This document shows, piece by piece, positions 39,205 through 51,502 of a stretch of 64,000 nt of DNA (within the stretch, counting starts at the first letter, position 1; each line of letters starts with the position of its first letter). Location of the stretch: contig MU053884.1 of the NCBI GenBank assembly GCA_013239625.1, forward strand, positions 1 through 64,000, in the 5' to 3' direction. A program made the position numbers and the translations under genes. A model generated the notes under the pieces. That model saw nothing but the letters and a program-made list of their open reading frames with translations. It made no database searches and was not told the DNA's origin. Source of the stretch: Lama guanicoe (Eukaryota).

Positions 39205-40210
39205 TCTATTCAGCAAATAAATTTTGACTTCCTACTATGTACCTAGGACTAGTCTAGGAACTTGGAATAGATCAATAAACAAAACAAAAGTCCTGTCCTC
39301 ATGGAGCTTGGTTGGAGTCTAGCTGGGGTGGGGGGTGGAGATGGCAATTCACACAACAGAGAAGCAGAGGAGGTGGCATGTTAGGAAAGAAGAATCATGG
39401 AAAAAATATAAAGGGCATGGTAAAGAGAGTTGAGGGTATGGGATGAGGGTGGTGTTGTATTAAATACCAGAGCAGGCCACACTGAGGAAGGAGGTTAGAA
39501 CTAGGACTAGGAGGTGAGAAGTCCCAGGTGGACGGAATAACCATCACCAAGGCCAGCGTGCACCTCGCATGTTCCAGAATGGGGGCACGGCTGGAGCTGC
39601 GGAGAAGGGTCAGTACAGATCCTGTATGGCCTTGGAGGACGTTGTAAGGACTGTGGCTCTTACCCAGAGTGAAATGGGGAGGCACTGCAGAAGGATGACA
39701 CAATCTAACTTAGGTTTTCAAGGCTCACTTGAATGCCGGATGAGAATAGTCGAAACGGGTCAGAGATGAAAGGAGGGAAGCCACTGAGAAGGGCTGTGCA
39801 GGAGAAGAGGACAGTGGCTCAGGGCAGGGAAGCAGCAGTGGAGGCAGGAGCCATGGTGAGAAGTGGCTGGGCTCTGGATATGTTTTAAAGGCAGTGTTAA
39901 ACCAGATCAATTGACAGAATTCATGTGGTATGTTAGTGAAAGTCAGAATAACTCCAAGTTTTTTGACCCAAGCAGCTGGAAGGATTAAGTTTCCACTAAC
40001 TGAATGGAGGGTGCTGCAGAAAGAACCAGCTTGGGGGTAGGAGGACCAAAAGCTCAGTTTTTACACATGTAGGTTTTAAGATATCAGAGTTCCAAGTGAA
40101 GATGTCAAATCAGCAGATGATTGTAACAGTCCAGAGTTGGAGAGAAAAAGTCTAGCAGGAGACAGAAATGTGGGAATTATGGGTCACACAGGTGGTACAG
40201 GAAGACATGA
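39205..40210 (-). mobile_element. L2 fragment
   Basis: attcagcaaataaattttgacttcctactatgtacctagg...gtcctgtcctcatggagctt...ggctctggatatgttttaaaggcag. Confidence 0.75.
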
Positions 40211-43200
40211 AACCCAGGTACTCAAACATTAAGATAACATGGCATTAACCATAGAAGTTGTCCTTGAGGGCCTGCCTACTAGGTGTGGATATCAGTCCTA
40301 TTTCCCGACCACTCGAGTTTTAAAAAGGAACTTACAAATGAATTCGTGCAAGACACTGCCTCCAGGGGGTGGGATCAGAGCTAGAGTGGGAGAATAGGAT
40401 TTTGCACGCTACTCCCTACGGCAGAATGTATGTGCTTGTGTGTGTGTATGCATGTGTGTGTGCGCAGGGCGATGAGTTACACCTGGCTTAAGAGAAAGAG
40501 CTAGTAGGTCTAGAAGCCGAAAGATGAAAGAACATCCAGATCTGATAGAGGGAACAGGGGAAACACTGTGTACTGTAAGACATATCCACATAATGCCATT
40601 TCCCACCATCCTTTCATCAGGAAGACAGTTAGAAAGGGGGGAATTATGTAGATACGTGCGATGACACAAACTTTCTGACTATGTAACACTGAATATCTAC
40701 ATATGTAGCAAGTTAATGATATTTATATCTGTTTCAAGTTTAAAAACAAGTTCACAACAGAGGGAAAATAAAATATTGAGGACTGGTAGAAGTATCATAG
40801 AAGGCCTTTCAATGCTCAGAATGGAAGCAAAAGCAGCTTCACCCCACAAAGAATGGCGTTAAGGGTCAAGAATGTTTATATTTGCTTAAGAAATTGAGAG
40901 TTACAACTTCCTGCTTTAAAGAATTAACTTTAAGACAGATACCATAATACAAGCAACTTCTATAGTGGTGCATTCTTAAAGCTATTTTTAGTTCCTGCTT
41001 TTTCTGATGTACTCCAGAAACTCTGCAAAGAAAACCTTCTATTCAAAGGCTTAAAGGAATAAAAAAAGAAATAACACTGCATTCTTCTAAGTGTTCCCTG
41101 TACTGAAAGTCACTTGCAAATGCAGCACCCTGCCACACGTCTACATTTTTAACAATAAAGTCCTTTGCGCAAGTTTTCAATTGCTATGTGACTTTGTGTC
41201 AGTCTGTCACTCAGAAGCAGAATGGAGTACCAGAAAATGACACATCATGTCTAAAACTACAGATGTGGAAGATGAACGTACACCAGGAAACAGCTAAGTG
41301 GGAGGGTAAGGTTTCCCTTTAAGTTACCGTAAGTGCAGTTACACCTTCTCCCTGCTTCCCTTGTGAAGTGAAGAACTAGTCTTTTCCAGAAAAGCTCTCA
41401 TTCAGAGAACTGCCTTCTTTAAAATATTTGGAGATTCTGTTTTATGGTTCTTTCACTTTTAAGTCTTTCCCCAACTCTACATCCAATAACAAGTGTTAAA
41501 ATTATCCAATAGCCTATTTCTACAGAACATACTCTACAAAAGCTGAGGTTTCCCAGGGTTTGGATCCCAGAACTCTGCCACCAGATAATCCTAAAGCCTT
41601 GCTTCCATAACTGACTCTTCTGCCAATTCCCAGCTGCGGGCAAATTCGGCTTCTCAGACCAGGTAACTTTCTAACTCTGCCTACGAACATTCTACAGCCA
41701 GTAAAGGAACTCTCAGCCAGGAAGCACACAAAGCCCCTAGTGAGGGTTGCGTCTTTCAAACAATCAAGATGCCATCACCAAGCAAATATTTAAACCTACT
41801 GTAAAAGTTCTGAAGCCATCTTAGAAACAATATAGTTTCTATAGATGCCTACAATTTGCTCTGGAACAGTGATCTCCAATGGAGGGAATATAGGACCCCA
41901 TGACCCAAGCAATTTTTTAAAACTGCACACAACAGTCCCTCTTCACATGAGGACTCAGGCAAGCCCGTCTTATAGGTCTAGGTGTAACAGAATGACAGCA
42001 GCTCTAGGAGTAGGGTGAAAAGCAGCGAGGTAGACTTTTAGTGAAAGGCAGTGATGTAATAGGCCCCATCACCCACTTACCTCCCACCATAGGACAATCA
42101 TCTCAGATCGAGAACAAATACTTTGGGAAACAGAGGTTGTTTATGTTTTTATGGTTTTCTGGTGGAAATAATGCCCTGAGTCATGTGAAGTTGTGGCTAC
42201 CAAACTGAACATGGGACCAGACATTTTCATGTTCAGGACACAAATAACCCCCGGGTTACCACCATATCTGCTCTCCCCTTTGCCTGTTCACCCCAAAAGC
42301 TGCAGGACTCTCCTGCTTGCAATGACACCCACCACATCTCACAAATTCCTGCCAAGATCATGTCAGCAGCTGGTGGTGTCAAAGTCACCATTTGTACTGC
42401 TCTGAAGTCCCTCAATTCCTTTATATCCCTTCTATTTTCTCTGTTGTCTTCTTAGCTACACTTGCATTCAGAAGCTGGTTATTGCACTAACATTGCCTCT
42501 GTAATCAGTCCACGATATAGGAAGTAGAGATTCAACTGTAACCAGTCCCAGAATACTTGTCATGCCACTCTAGTTTCCCAACAAAATACTCTGGCATCCC
42601 TCATCTCATCCAAAGAACCACCGCATTACTTAGAGGTTGTAAAAGTAGAGGGCTTTCTCTACTGGGAAACAGTGTTGCTTGTGGTAGAGTTGTCATTTCA
42701 GTTTTTGTAACTAGTTACAGGCAAAAAGACATGTTCTGCAAATTTTCTTCAAGCATTTGGAATTTAAATTTTTATTAGATACAGAGCCAGCGGACTAACT
42801 GTAATCTATGAACATATGGTCATATTACCAAATAATGTTCATGTCTGCCTTACAGACATGTAAGAACTTGAATTACACCTGCAGCCTGTAGGCCTTTAGA
42901 ATTGGATGTGAAACATCCTGTGAGATAAAAAACCTCCTATCCAGTCACAGAGAACCTTACAGACAACATCACATTATTGCCACTGAATACATTAGTAGAT
43001 TCCATGTATGTTTAAATTACATCTCCAATTTCTCAGAGCTGGAAAGCAGATGTCTAGAAATGCTGGAAAAGCCCAATTACCAAAACAGTTCAAAAGTTGA
43101 AGCAGACTCCTTCACCTCCCAGAGCGGAGGGTGGAGTGGCTTTGCCCACCACCCTGTCCTCCCCCATGGCGTGGCATGTGGGGAAACAGGCAAGAGTGGG

Positions 43201-44059
43201 TGGCTGGGACTCGGAGGTGGAGAGGTGATGAAAGCAAGAGTGGAAATGCTCTGGTCCTTGAAAAACAGAGCTGTAAAAAGCTCGGCTTCAGTTCAACCCG
43301 CTCCCTCTCCCAATTTCCCTCCCACCTACGTGACAAACAGAACACAGTCAGGCACTTTCTGCCCATGACAGTGACTACTAGCAGGAAAGGGACCAGGATA
43401 AAAGCATGTCCTATAAAAGATCAGTCTGATTTTAAAGACTATGTTATAAATAATGAACAGCACTGTCAGAGTGGGACAACTGTGAGGCACTCAAATAGGA
43501 AGGAGGAGGCTGAGGATCCATTTCCAGCACTTCCATGTCTTTTATCACTCCTATTTCTGACCTTTCCTTTGCCACTTTTTGTAGCACTGCCATCACTGGC
43601 AGGTAAAGGGGCAGCAATGGGGCTTGGCTGTTTTACTGATCGGGCTACATTTCCCAGCACCGGAATGAAAAGGCACTGGAAGAGAAGCAGTTGGAAGATA
43701 TGAACCGCGGTCCTGGCCTGTGCCAAACACTAACCAGGTGACCCTGGGTTAGGCTCTTCGTCTCTCTGGGCTTCCGGCTGTTTACTTATAAAAGAAGGTT
43801 TTGTCATTGCACAAATATATCCAATATGAAATGTAACATGAAAGTCAAACATAATGACATCTCACCTGCTTGCCTCAGGGAACTGTATAAGCACTGAACA
43901 CTATGTGAATGTAAACACAGAGTTAAGAAAACCGTTGAGGTAAAGCGCTAAACTGAACATGGAGATAAAGTTTTATGGATTTTCTAGGTTTTCTTTTTTA
44001 ATTGCAACACTGAATTAATAGTTATTAGCTATACTCCACACCACCACCCCTGCGAAAAA

Positions 44060-44880
44060 ATATAGTAGGTAAGCACTGCCTGGATGCCTGCTATTGCCCG
44101 ATGCTAAGCAGGGTGAGGGTTATAAAGGAGGCTGAACAAGGGAGTCTTCTCCAGTTATGAGCTAAATGAGGAGACACATTGGAAACCACCTGGGAATAGT
44201 ACCAAGTCAGTACTCAAAGCCAAGATAACAGGCTACCAATCATAAACAGTGCAGGAATACAAAGAGGAGCTAGAAGTATTTGGAGTAAATAGGGAAGGCT
44301 CTAAGAAGGGTATGGGGATCCAACTAGTCCTCAGGGCAATTCTAAGCTGTTTTAACTGAGGACTGGATAGGAAAAGGCTGGTGACTCCTGGTTTTTAATA
44401 AGGCACATGTTACCCTAGCAGGCTAAGTCACATAATGATTGGAACACATAAGGTAAGGCCAAAGTGATGGAGGGTCGAGACTACCTGGCTGAGATCTGGT
44501 TGTGGTAAGTCTTTGACTTGACTCTAGATGTTGGAGGGTCAAAACTGTAGGTTGACTGAAAGGAGGGTGAGAGAATATCCAAGAATTCAACAGAAGGAAA
44601 AATTCATATATCATGTATGAAAGCTCTTCATCAGAGTATCAGCAATCAGAATAGACACTTGAAACCAAAAACATACAGTTTCAGAAGCTGAAAAAATGTG
44701 GAGGGTGGTGAGAGGAAGATGAATCAAAGACCATTCCAAACCTTTGGGTATTCAAGACAGGAACAATGATTATCCCACTGAATTAGTAGAGATGCTGCAA
44801 GAAAAAAGATTATGAAATCAGCTTTAGACATGTTGAATCTGACATATGAGCTAAAAGTAGGTGTTCTCTAAGAAGCTCAA
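44060..44880 (-). mobile_element. Degenerate L2 fragments
   Basis: gatgcctgctattgcccgatgctaagc...cagctttagacatgttgaatctga. Confidence 0.5.
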
Positions 44881-44929
44881 AATTCAAAACTGAAGCACAG
44901 ATGTTGAGTACAGGCTTCAGATGCAGATG

Positions 44930-46048
44930 GACAAGACATGACAAATCTCCTAAAAGAAAACATAGACAAAACATTATCTGACATAAATCTTAGCAACGTT
45001 CTCCTAGGGCAATCTACCCAGGCAATGGAAATAAGAGAAAAAATAAACAAATGGGATGTAATTAAACTCATAATTTTCTTCACAGCAAAGGCAACCATAA
45101 GTAAAACAAAACATCAACCTATGAATGGGAGAAAATATTTGCAAATGATAGGACTAACAAAGGCTTAATTTTCAGAATATATAAACAGCTCATACAACTT
45201 AATAACAAAAAAACAAACAACTCAATCCAAAAATAGGCAGAAGACCTAAACAAGCATTTCTCCAATGAAGACACAAATGGCCAATAGGCACATGAAAAAA
45301 TGCCCAATATCACTAATAAACAGAGAAATGCAAATCAAAACTACAATGAGGTATCATCTCACACCAGTCAGAATGGCCATCACTCAGAATTTCATGAATG
45401 ATTAATGCTAGAGAAGCTGAAGAGCGTAGGGTACCCTCTTACACAGCTGGTGGGAATCCAGTTTGGTGTAGTCATTAAGGAAAGCATGGAAATCCCTCAA
45501 AAAACTAAAAGTAGGCTTACCCTATGAGCCAGCAATCCCACTTCTGGGTATATAACTGGAAGGAACTCCAATGTGAAAAGATACCTGCACCCCAGTATAC
45601 ATAGCACCACTGTATACAATAGCCGAGAAATGGAGGCAAGCTAAATGTAGCAACAGATGACTGGATAAATAAATTCTGGTATATTTATACACTGGAATAC
45701 TACTCTACCATGAAAAGGACAAAATAAAACCATTTACAGCAACATGGATGGAGCTAGAGATCGTCATTCTAAGTGAAAGCAGCCAGAAACAGAAAAATAC
45801 CAAATTATATCACTCATATGTGCAATCTAAAAGAAGAGAGAAAAAGACACTGTGAACTCATCTACAAAACAGAAACAGACTTGCAGACTTAGTAAACAAT
45901 CTTAAGGTTACCAGGGAAAGGGGATGGGAAGGGATAGATCTGGGAGATTTACAAATTTTAGCCACTATAAAATAGATTTTAAATAAGTTTCTTCTGTATA
46001 GCACAGAAACCTATGTTCATTATCCAGCAATAACCTATAATGAAAAAG
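44930..46048 (+). mobile_element. L1 fragment (ORF2 3' part and most of the 3'UTR), truncated at both ends
   Basis: NLLKENIDKTLSDINLSNVLLGQS... ORF2 remnant; ends at taacctataatgaaaaag without the last ~110 nt and tail seen in the 14011-14250 copy. Confidence 0.9.
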
Positions 46049-46089
46049 CCGATACAGCCACCAACTGAGGAAGCAAGAGAAGAAAGGGG

Positions 46090-46965
46090 AGTTAGTTATG
46101 CTGGGCAAGACCCCACCTCTAAAATCCTTGTCAGGCACTGAGGCTGCCCCGAGTACACTGAGCCCTCCTCCCAGGGGCAGGCTGACATGACATGTGTCCT
46201 GCAAACCTGGGGCAGCAGAGGCTGTCCCCAGGTCTGGCCCTGGGGGAGATGGGAGCAAGTCCACCTGCTCTCCCTGGGGCAGCACCCCTCCCCACAGCCC
46301 TTGCCTCCTGACTGCACCACGCCTGCCTCTCGGGAAACCACTGACTTGAAAACAAGTGATCCACGAACCTGGGGCAGCGGCAGGGAGATGGGCAGCGACC
46401 TGGCAAGCTGGTCGATTTGCCCCCATCTCCCCCACGGCCTGTCCAGGGCTCGGCCTCTGCTGCTCCAGGCAGAGTCCCCAGGTCAGCCTGCTCCCGGGAG
46501 GAGGGTGCTCTGTGGTCGAAGGCAGTTGCTGGTTATGGGGTCTGCCCATGGGTGCCTTTGGATTTGCTTCAAACTCCCCAGCGCATGGCCTGAGCTTGGC
46601 CTCTGCTGCCACAGGTTCGTGGAACTCAGGTTACAGGTCAGCCTGCTCCTGGAAGGCGGGTGCTGTGCTGTCAGGGAATGGCGGCGGCTGCGATGGCGGG
46701 ATTGGGGCTGCCTTGTGAGAGCGCACGGATTGCAACCATTTCCCACTGCTGCTGCAGCCATCCTAGCACACTGATCACACTGCGTCCACCTCCCAGGAGC
46801 AGCCTGACCTGTAACCTGAGTCACAAAAACCTGGGTATTTAGAGGCCACCCCCAAGGTCAGGCCGTGGGGAAGATGGGAGCAACTCCAGGGGCTCTCATG
46901 GGGCAGCCCCTATTCCATCCCAGGCCCCGTGACCGCACTGCACCCGCCTCCTGGGAGCAGTCCAT
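46090..46965. repeat. Degenerate GC-rich ~158-bp tandem array with an internally inverted block (about 46405-46746)
   Basis: Anchor motif CCTCCCAGGAGCAGGCTGAC occurs on + at 46167, 46326, 46789 and 46947, and on - at 46482-46501 and 46637-46656; spacings 159, 155 and 158. Confidence 0.8.
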
Positions 46966-47450
46966 GGTCTGAGGGCAAGTCGGAGATGCTCCGAAGCCGT
47001 CCGGTTCCCACCCACCTCGCGGGGCTGTACCTGCTCTCCTAAACCCGGGTGTAAGCGGCGGCAAAAACGGGGGTTCAGGAACTACTAATAGCCGGTTTAC
47101 CACGAACTACAGCGGCGGGTGGGACCCACCTCAGTGTCCTAACGTGACGCGCGGCCGGGACTTCACCTCTGCACCCCTCCCTGGGCGCCTCCCCAGCCTC
47201 ACAGCCCAGGCGTCACCCGCCGGCTCCTCGAGCAGCGCGCCCCTAACAGCGCTCCCTTGACTGCCTGGCAGCGGCAGCCGAGCCCCGGGCAAGCGGCGGC
47301 CCAGACCCCAGGCCGTGTTCCTCTTCCAGGAGCTGGTCCAGGAGCAACCAGCTCCCGCCTGTTTCCACGCATTCTGGGCGGGTTCCGGCGTCCGCGCGTC
47401 GGTCAGTCTACGTGTGCAAGCCCCTCCACCTCCCGCCTGCAGCGCAAACT
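46960..47450. promoter_or_regulatory. CpG island / candidate promoter and first exon
   Basis: Dense CpG relative to the rest of the window; GC box GGGCGGG 47376-47382 next to ETS TTCCGG 47383-47388; ACGTGACG 47142-47149; minus-strand donors GAG|GTGGGT (GT at 47129 and 47015) and CAG|GTACAG (47030). Confidence 0.65.
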
Positions 47451-48757
47451 GCTCGGGTGGGTCTCCTGCTTTACCGGACTTGGCCACTGGGGCCGGGAGG
47501 AGCCAGGTGGGGCCCCTCCTGCTCATCCGCGCTGAGTCTCCATCCCCAGAGCCTTCACTCCGCCACCGACTGGGTTCTGGCACTGAACTAGAACCACGAC
47601 TGCCCTGGGCCAGGCCACACACCGCCAGCCCCACTTCCCCTGCTATCCTTCCCATCCCTGTTACTACCCTTCCACCCCTGGCCAGGCCCAGTCTTCCACC
47701 AGACCTTGAAGAAAGGGCTTCTTCTCCTCACACTGAGGTCCCTGCCCTGACACTCCAACCTGCTAGGTCTTAATCTATGGTCCCTACACCCACAATCTTA
47801 CCCCTCATGCCTCAGCACAGGACCCCCAACATCCTGAAATTGTCCCCCTCACCTTTCAGCCAGGTCAGTTCCATTCTAAGTGGGCCCCACACCCCTCAAC
47901 CTGTACCCCCCACCATGGGATCCCCTTCACTCTGAGTGCACCCCTACCCTGAGCTCACTCCCTCACCCCTCACCCTGTGTTTGGGGTAGGGAAATCCGGG
48001 CTCCAGCAATGATGACTACTGCCACCGGCGGGGGATCCAGCCTAGTGTGCACCTTCATAGCTAATGTCTGAGGCTACAGGGCGAGGCAGGCTGGGCTGAA
48101 GGCCGTCCCAATTCCTGCCCTGGCACCCTGATCCCTGCACCCTGTGCCTCAAGTGACCCGATGGGTCAGGGTGATCCCAGCCTGCCAGCCAGTGGCCTGT
48201 GGGCCTTGGGTGGTTGATGGTCATGATGGTGGTCTGGACCCTTAGGGTGGAGGCACTGGGCACACGGACCTTTGAGGTGGGGGAGTTCAGAGGGTGCACT
48301 TGAGCCCAGGGGTAGACAGCAGATGGTGGGCTGTGTGCATGGGGCTGTGTGCGTGGCCTGGCCTCAGCCCAGGTGGGTGCAGGGATCTTGTTCATTCACA
48401 CCAGGCCAGAGGGAAGAGGGATGGGAGCTTTTAAAGCGTCAAAGTTAGGAAGCCAAGGCTGGAGAGCAAAGTAGGCAGGTGCACTGGCCTGGCCACCGTG
48501 GAGCCTGCCGCGATGCTGGTCCCTTCCATCAGGGGAGACTGGCAGTTGACTGGCCAAAGAGACATCCCCTGCTGTGGTATAGTTTACAGGCAATTGAAGG
48601 GATTTTGACAGGTAATTTTAATCCAATAATTGTCCCTTTCTCTGCGAAAGATCAGGTCCAGTCATGGTGAATCTGGCAGGGATCCTGCCTGACCTCCAGC
48701 CTGGGACAGTGGAGGACCCACCCAGGAATCATCCTCTTAGCTCTCACCAAAAGGCAC

Positions 48758-49470
48758 TGTAATAGAGAAGAACAAATCTGACTCCATATTGGATCTGTTC
48801 CTTTTCTTTAACCCTCTGCAGTGTTTTCTAGGCTTAGTCTTGCTAGCTCTGCAACTTTTGTAAAACAATGTTGCCTTTAGCCTGAAATAAACAGGAGAGC
48901 CTATTCTCAAAACTCTGACCTTTAAGGATATTAATACTTTTGCACTCCTATAAAGATAACAAGTTCCAGAATAGAAAAATTTTGTTTTGATGCAGGTTTT
49001 ACAGGAACACCATGATCTGACTCATGTGGACAGCTGCAAAGGATTCCAAGAACAAAGAAATCCTACACCAAGAAGTTTGCAACAACCAACCACAGCCCCT
49101 CCCCTATTTACTAGAAAAGGAGCCTGAATTCTGACTTGGGGAAGATGGTTCTCCAAGATATTAGTCTGCCAATATCTTGGCCTGCAGCTGTCTATGTAGA
49201 CCAGGTCATAGTGCCTCTGTAAAACCTCTAACAAACCAAAAGCTATTTTATATTCTGCAACTTGTTGTCTTTATATAAGTGCAAAAGTGTTAACATCCTT
49301 AAAGATCAGAGCCTTGAAAATAGGCTCTCCTGTATATTTTAGGCTAAAATCAACATTGTTTTACAATATGTGCAGAGCTAGCAAGACTAAGCCTAGAAAA
49401 GAGGGCACAGGGTTAAAGCCAAAAAGACAGACCTTCTATGGAGTCACATTTTTTTTTCTTTTCTATTATA
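48758..49470. mobile_element. LTR with an inverted duplicate of its 5' ~285 bp (fold-back structure)
   Basis: Left arm 48758-49038 (tgtaatagagaagaacaaatctgactccata...gacagctgca) is the reverse complement of 49183-49470, including identical blocks such as ttttctaggcttagtcttgctagctctgca and tgtaaaacaatgttg. Confidence 0.9.
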
Positions 49471-49474
49471 CTAT

Positions 49475-50432
49475 ATTCTATTTTTGTTTTAAGTTTATAA
49501 GAATAAAGTTTAGCCTTTTCCCACTTTAAATTGTGCAATTTCAAGGAGAATTAAGTGCATTCACAATGCTGTGAGACCAACACCACTGGTTTAGACAATT
49601 GTCTTCCTCAAACTAAAAGCTTGTATACAAATCGCACCCCACATCCTACCTCCCCCAGCCCATGAGAAGCCCTAATTCCCTTTCTTTCTCTATGTCTTTA
49701 CCTATCCTCGAGGTTCCCTAGCAATGAAATCATATAAAAGGTGACTTTTTTTTTTCTCTCTCTGCCCACATATCTGAAGTAGGGACCGGTGAATTTTTTG
49801 TTTGTTTGTTTTCAAGTCAATTAGCATTTTTGTATTTTGAGAGGAAAATCCAGATGGATTAAAGATGAGACGTACCAAATGAAGCCCTTTTAGTAACTCT
49901 GTGCATAATCGCAGGGTAGGCACTGCTGTTCTAAGTGTGAAACCAGAGCCAGAAGGGAGATGATTAGCTCTTCTTGTGGTAAAATAAAACCAAACAAAAG
50001 CAGAAGACAAAGGCCAAGAAAGACAGCTGGAAAGACAAACCACAGCCTAGAAAAAGCTTTCCTCATGACCCGAGGTTGGAGAAAAGCTTCACATCCCTGT
50101 GGTCCAAAAACCTCTTGACACCCAGTGTTCTGAAAAGAAACAAAACACACACAGGCAGTTCCAACGAGAGGCAGTGCAGGTGACCAGTGTGTGCTAGAGA
50201 TGTTCGACCTGTAATGAGAGGACATAGGTAGACGGTCAGACTACAGAGACAGCATTGGACACCATCACACTGGCAGATCTTTAGCCCGGTGACAACCAGC
50301 CCTTGTGACAACGTGAACAGGCAGGTCCCCTGGAGGGAAGAACAAATGGACGCTCCTCTCCAGCAGAACAAGTTGCAGGATACATCAAAGTGCCACAAGT
50401 GCATCCCTTCCCTAGCAGTGCTGATCTTTAGA
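49475..50432 (+). repeat. Diverged ~950-bp direct duplication, copy A
   Basis: Shares blocks such as tttaaattgtgcaa, ttttagtaactctgtgcataatc, ggtgacaaccagccc and cccctggagggaaga in the same order with 53105-54076. Confidence 0.9.
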
Positions 50433-51502
50433 GAAGATCTCATCAAAGTGCTTGCACAATTTTCAAAGATAGTTTTTCTTCAGTAACATGAATTCCAAAT
50501 AATCAATATGTCATCAAGGGATTTTCAGAAGTGAGCTGCCCTGGGCCTGAACAATACACACACATAAATACACACATATACACATAAATATATGCATACA
50601 TACATACAGGAAAAGAGACAGACAGACTGAAACACAGAGAAGCATGGGAGACAGAGAAACAGAGGGAGAGACAAGACAGAGAGAGAGAGGCACTGAGAGA
50701 CAGAGACAGACAGAAGGAACACTGGAGCTGGGAAGGAGTGGAACTCACGCACATTTTCACAAGTCAGTCTGCATGTCAGCACCTGGTCTCAAAGTCCATC
50801 CACCCTCCAGGGGAGGGTGTGGGGATCCCACAAGGGCATGGGAACAGAAGGCAAAAAATAGGAAGCCTTTGTGGGGCAGCCCACAACAGAGGCCGAGATG
50901 GGACACTGGGCCTGTATGTCAACATGACAGAATGACTAGGAGGTTGTATGCCAGAGAGGAAGATGTTACAGTTGTATTTAATTTTAGTCACACGACTGGG
51001 AGCTGGGAAGCAAGCAGTAAGGAAAGTGACTTTCTCCAGACCCCAGGGCAGACCCTGGCCTGTATAGCAAGTGCTCTGCGCTCTGCCAGCACTCTGTGGG
51101 GTCCTTCCTTTGCTGAGTCTGTACACGAGCTCCTTGTGATGCCAACCCAAGGGGGTGAAAAACGCATCAGGTGTTTCTAGGTCTAGAGACAGAATGGCTT
51201 CTCTTGGAAGCAGGGGCCAGAATGATCCCCACTATGCCGATGGGGGATTGGGGAGACCCTGAGAGGCACGTGGCTTGTCCAGGTTGATAGCACTGCTGAG
51301 TGGAGGGACCCATGTCTCAACCCAGCTGTGTCTTCAGAGCTGTGGCACTGGCTGCATCCAGGTCCCCCCACGGCTATGAGGGAGGCTGAGTTGGTGTCAC
51401 TGTGTGTGGACATGGCATTGAATGAGAAATGAGAGATTGGCAGCCTAGAAAGGCCCTTGGGGAGCTTTGTGTCAGGAGGAAGCTTGGGTAAGTGGACCCC
51501 AG

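Noticed and set aside
43325..43366. Possible KLHL2 alternative first exon (ATG...TTCTGTTTGTCAC|gtaggt)
   Set aside because: Ends in phase 1 whereas KLHL2 exon 2 needs phase 2; similarity to the recalled human alternative exon is limited to about 10 nt.
46090..46965. CRISPR-like array
   Set aside because: Mammalian context; the units are degenerate full-length tandem copies with no unique spacers.
45965..47773. Long overlapping ORFs (215, 195, 174, 152 aa)
   Set aside because: Expected in GC-rich repeats and CpG islands; present on both strands with no recognisable domain.
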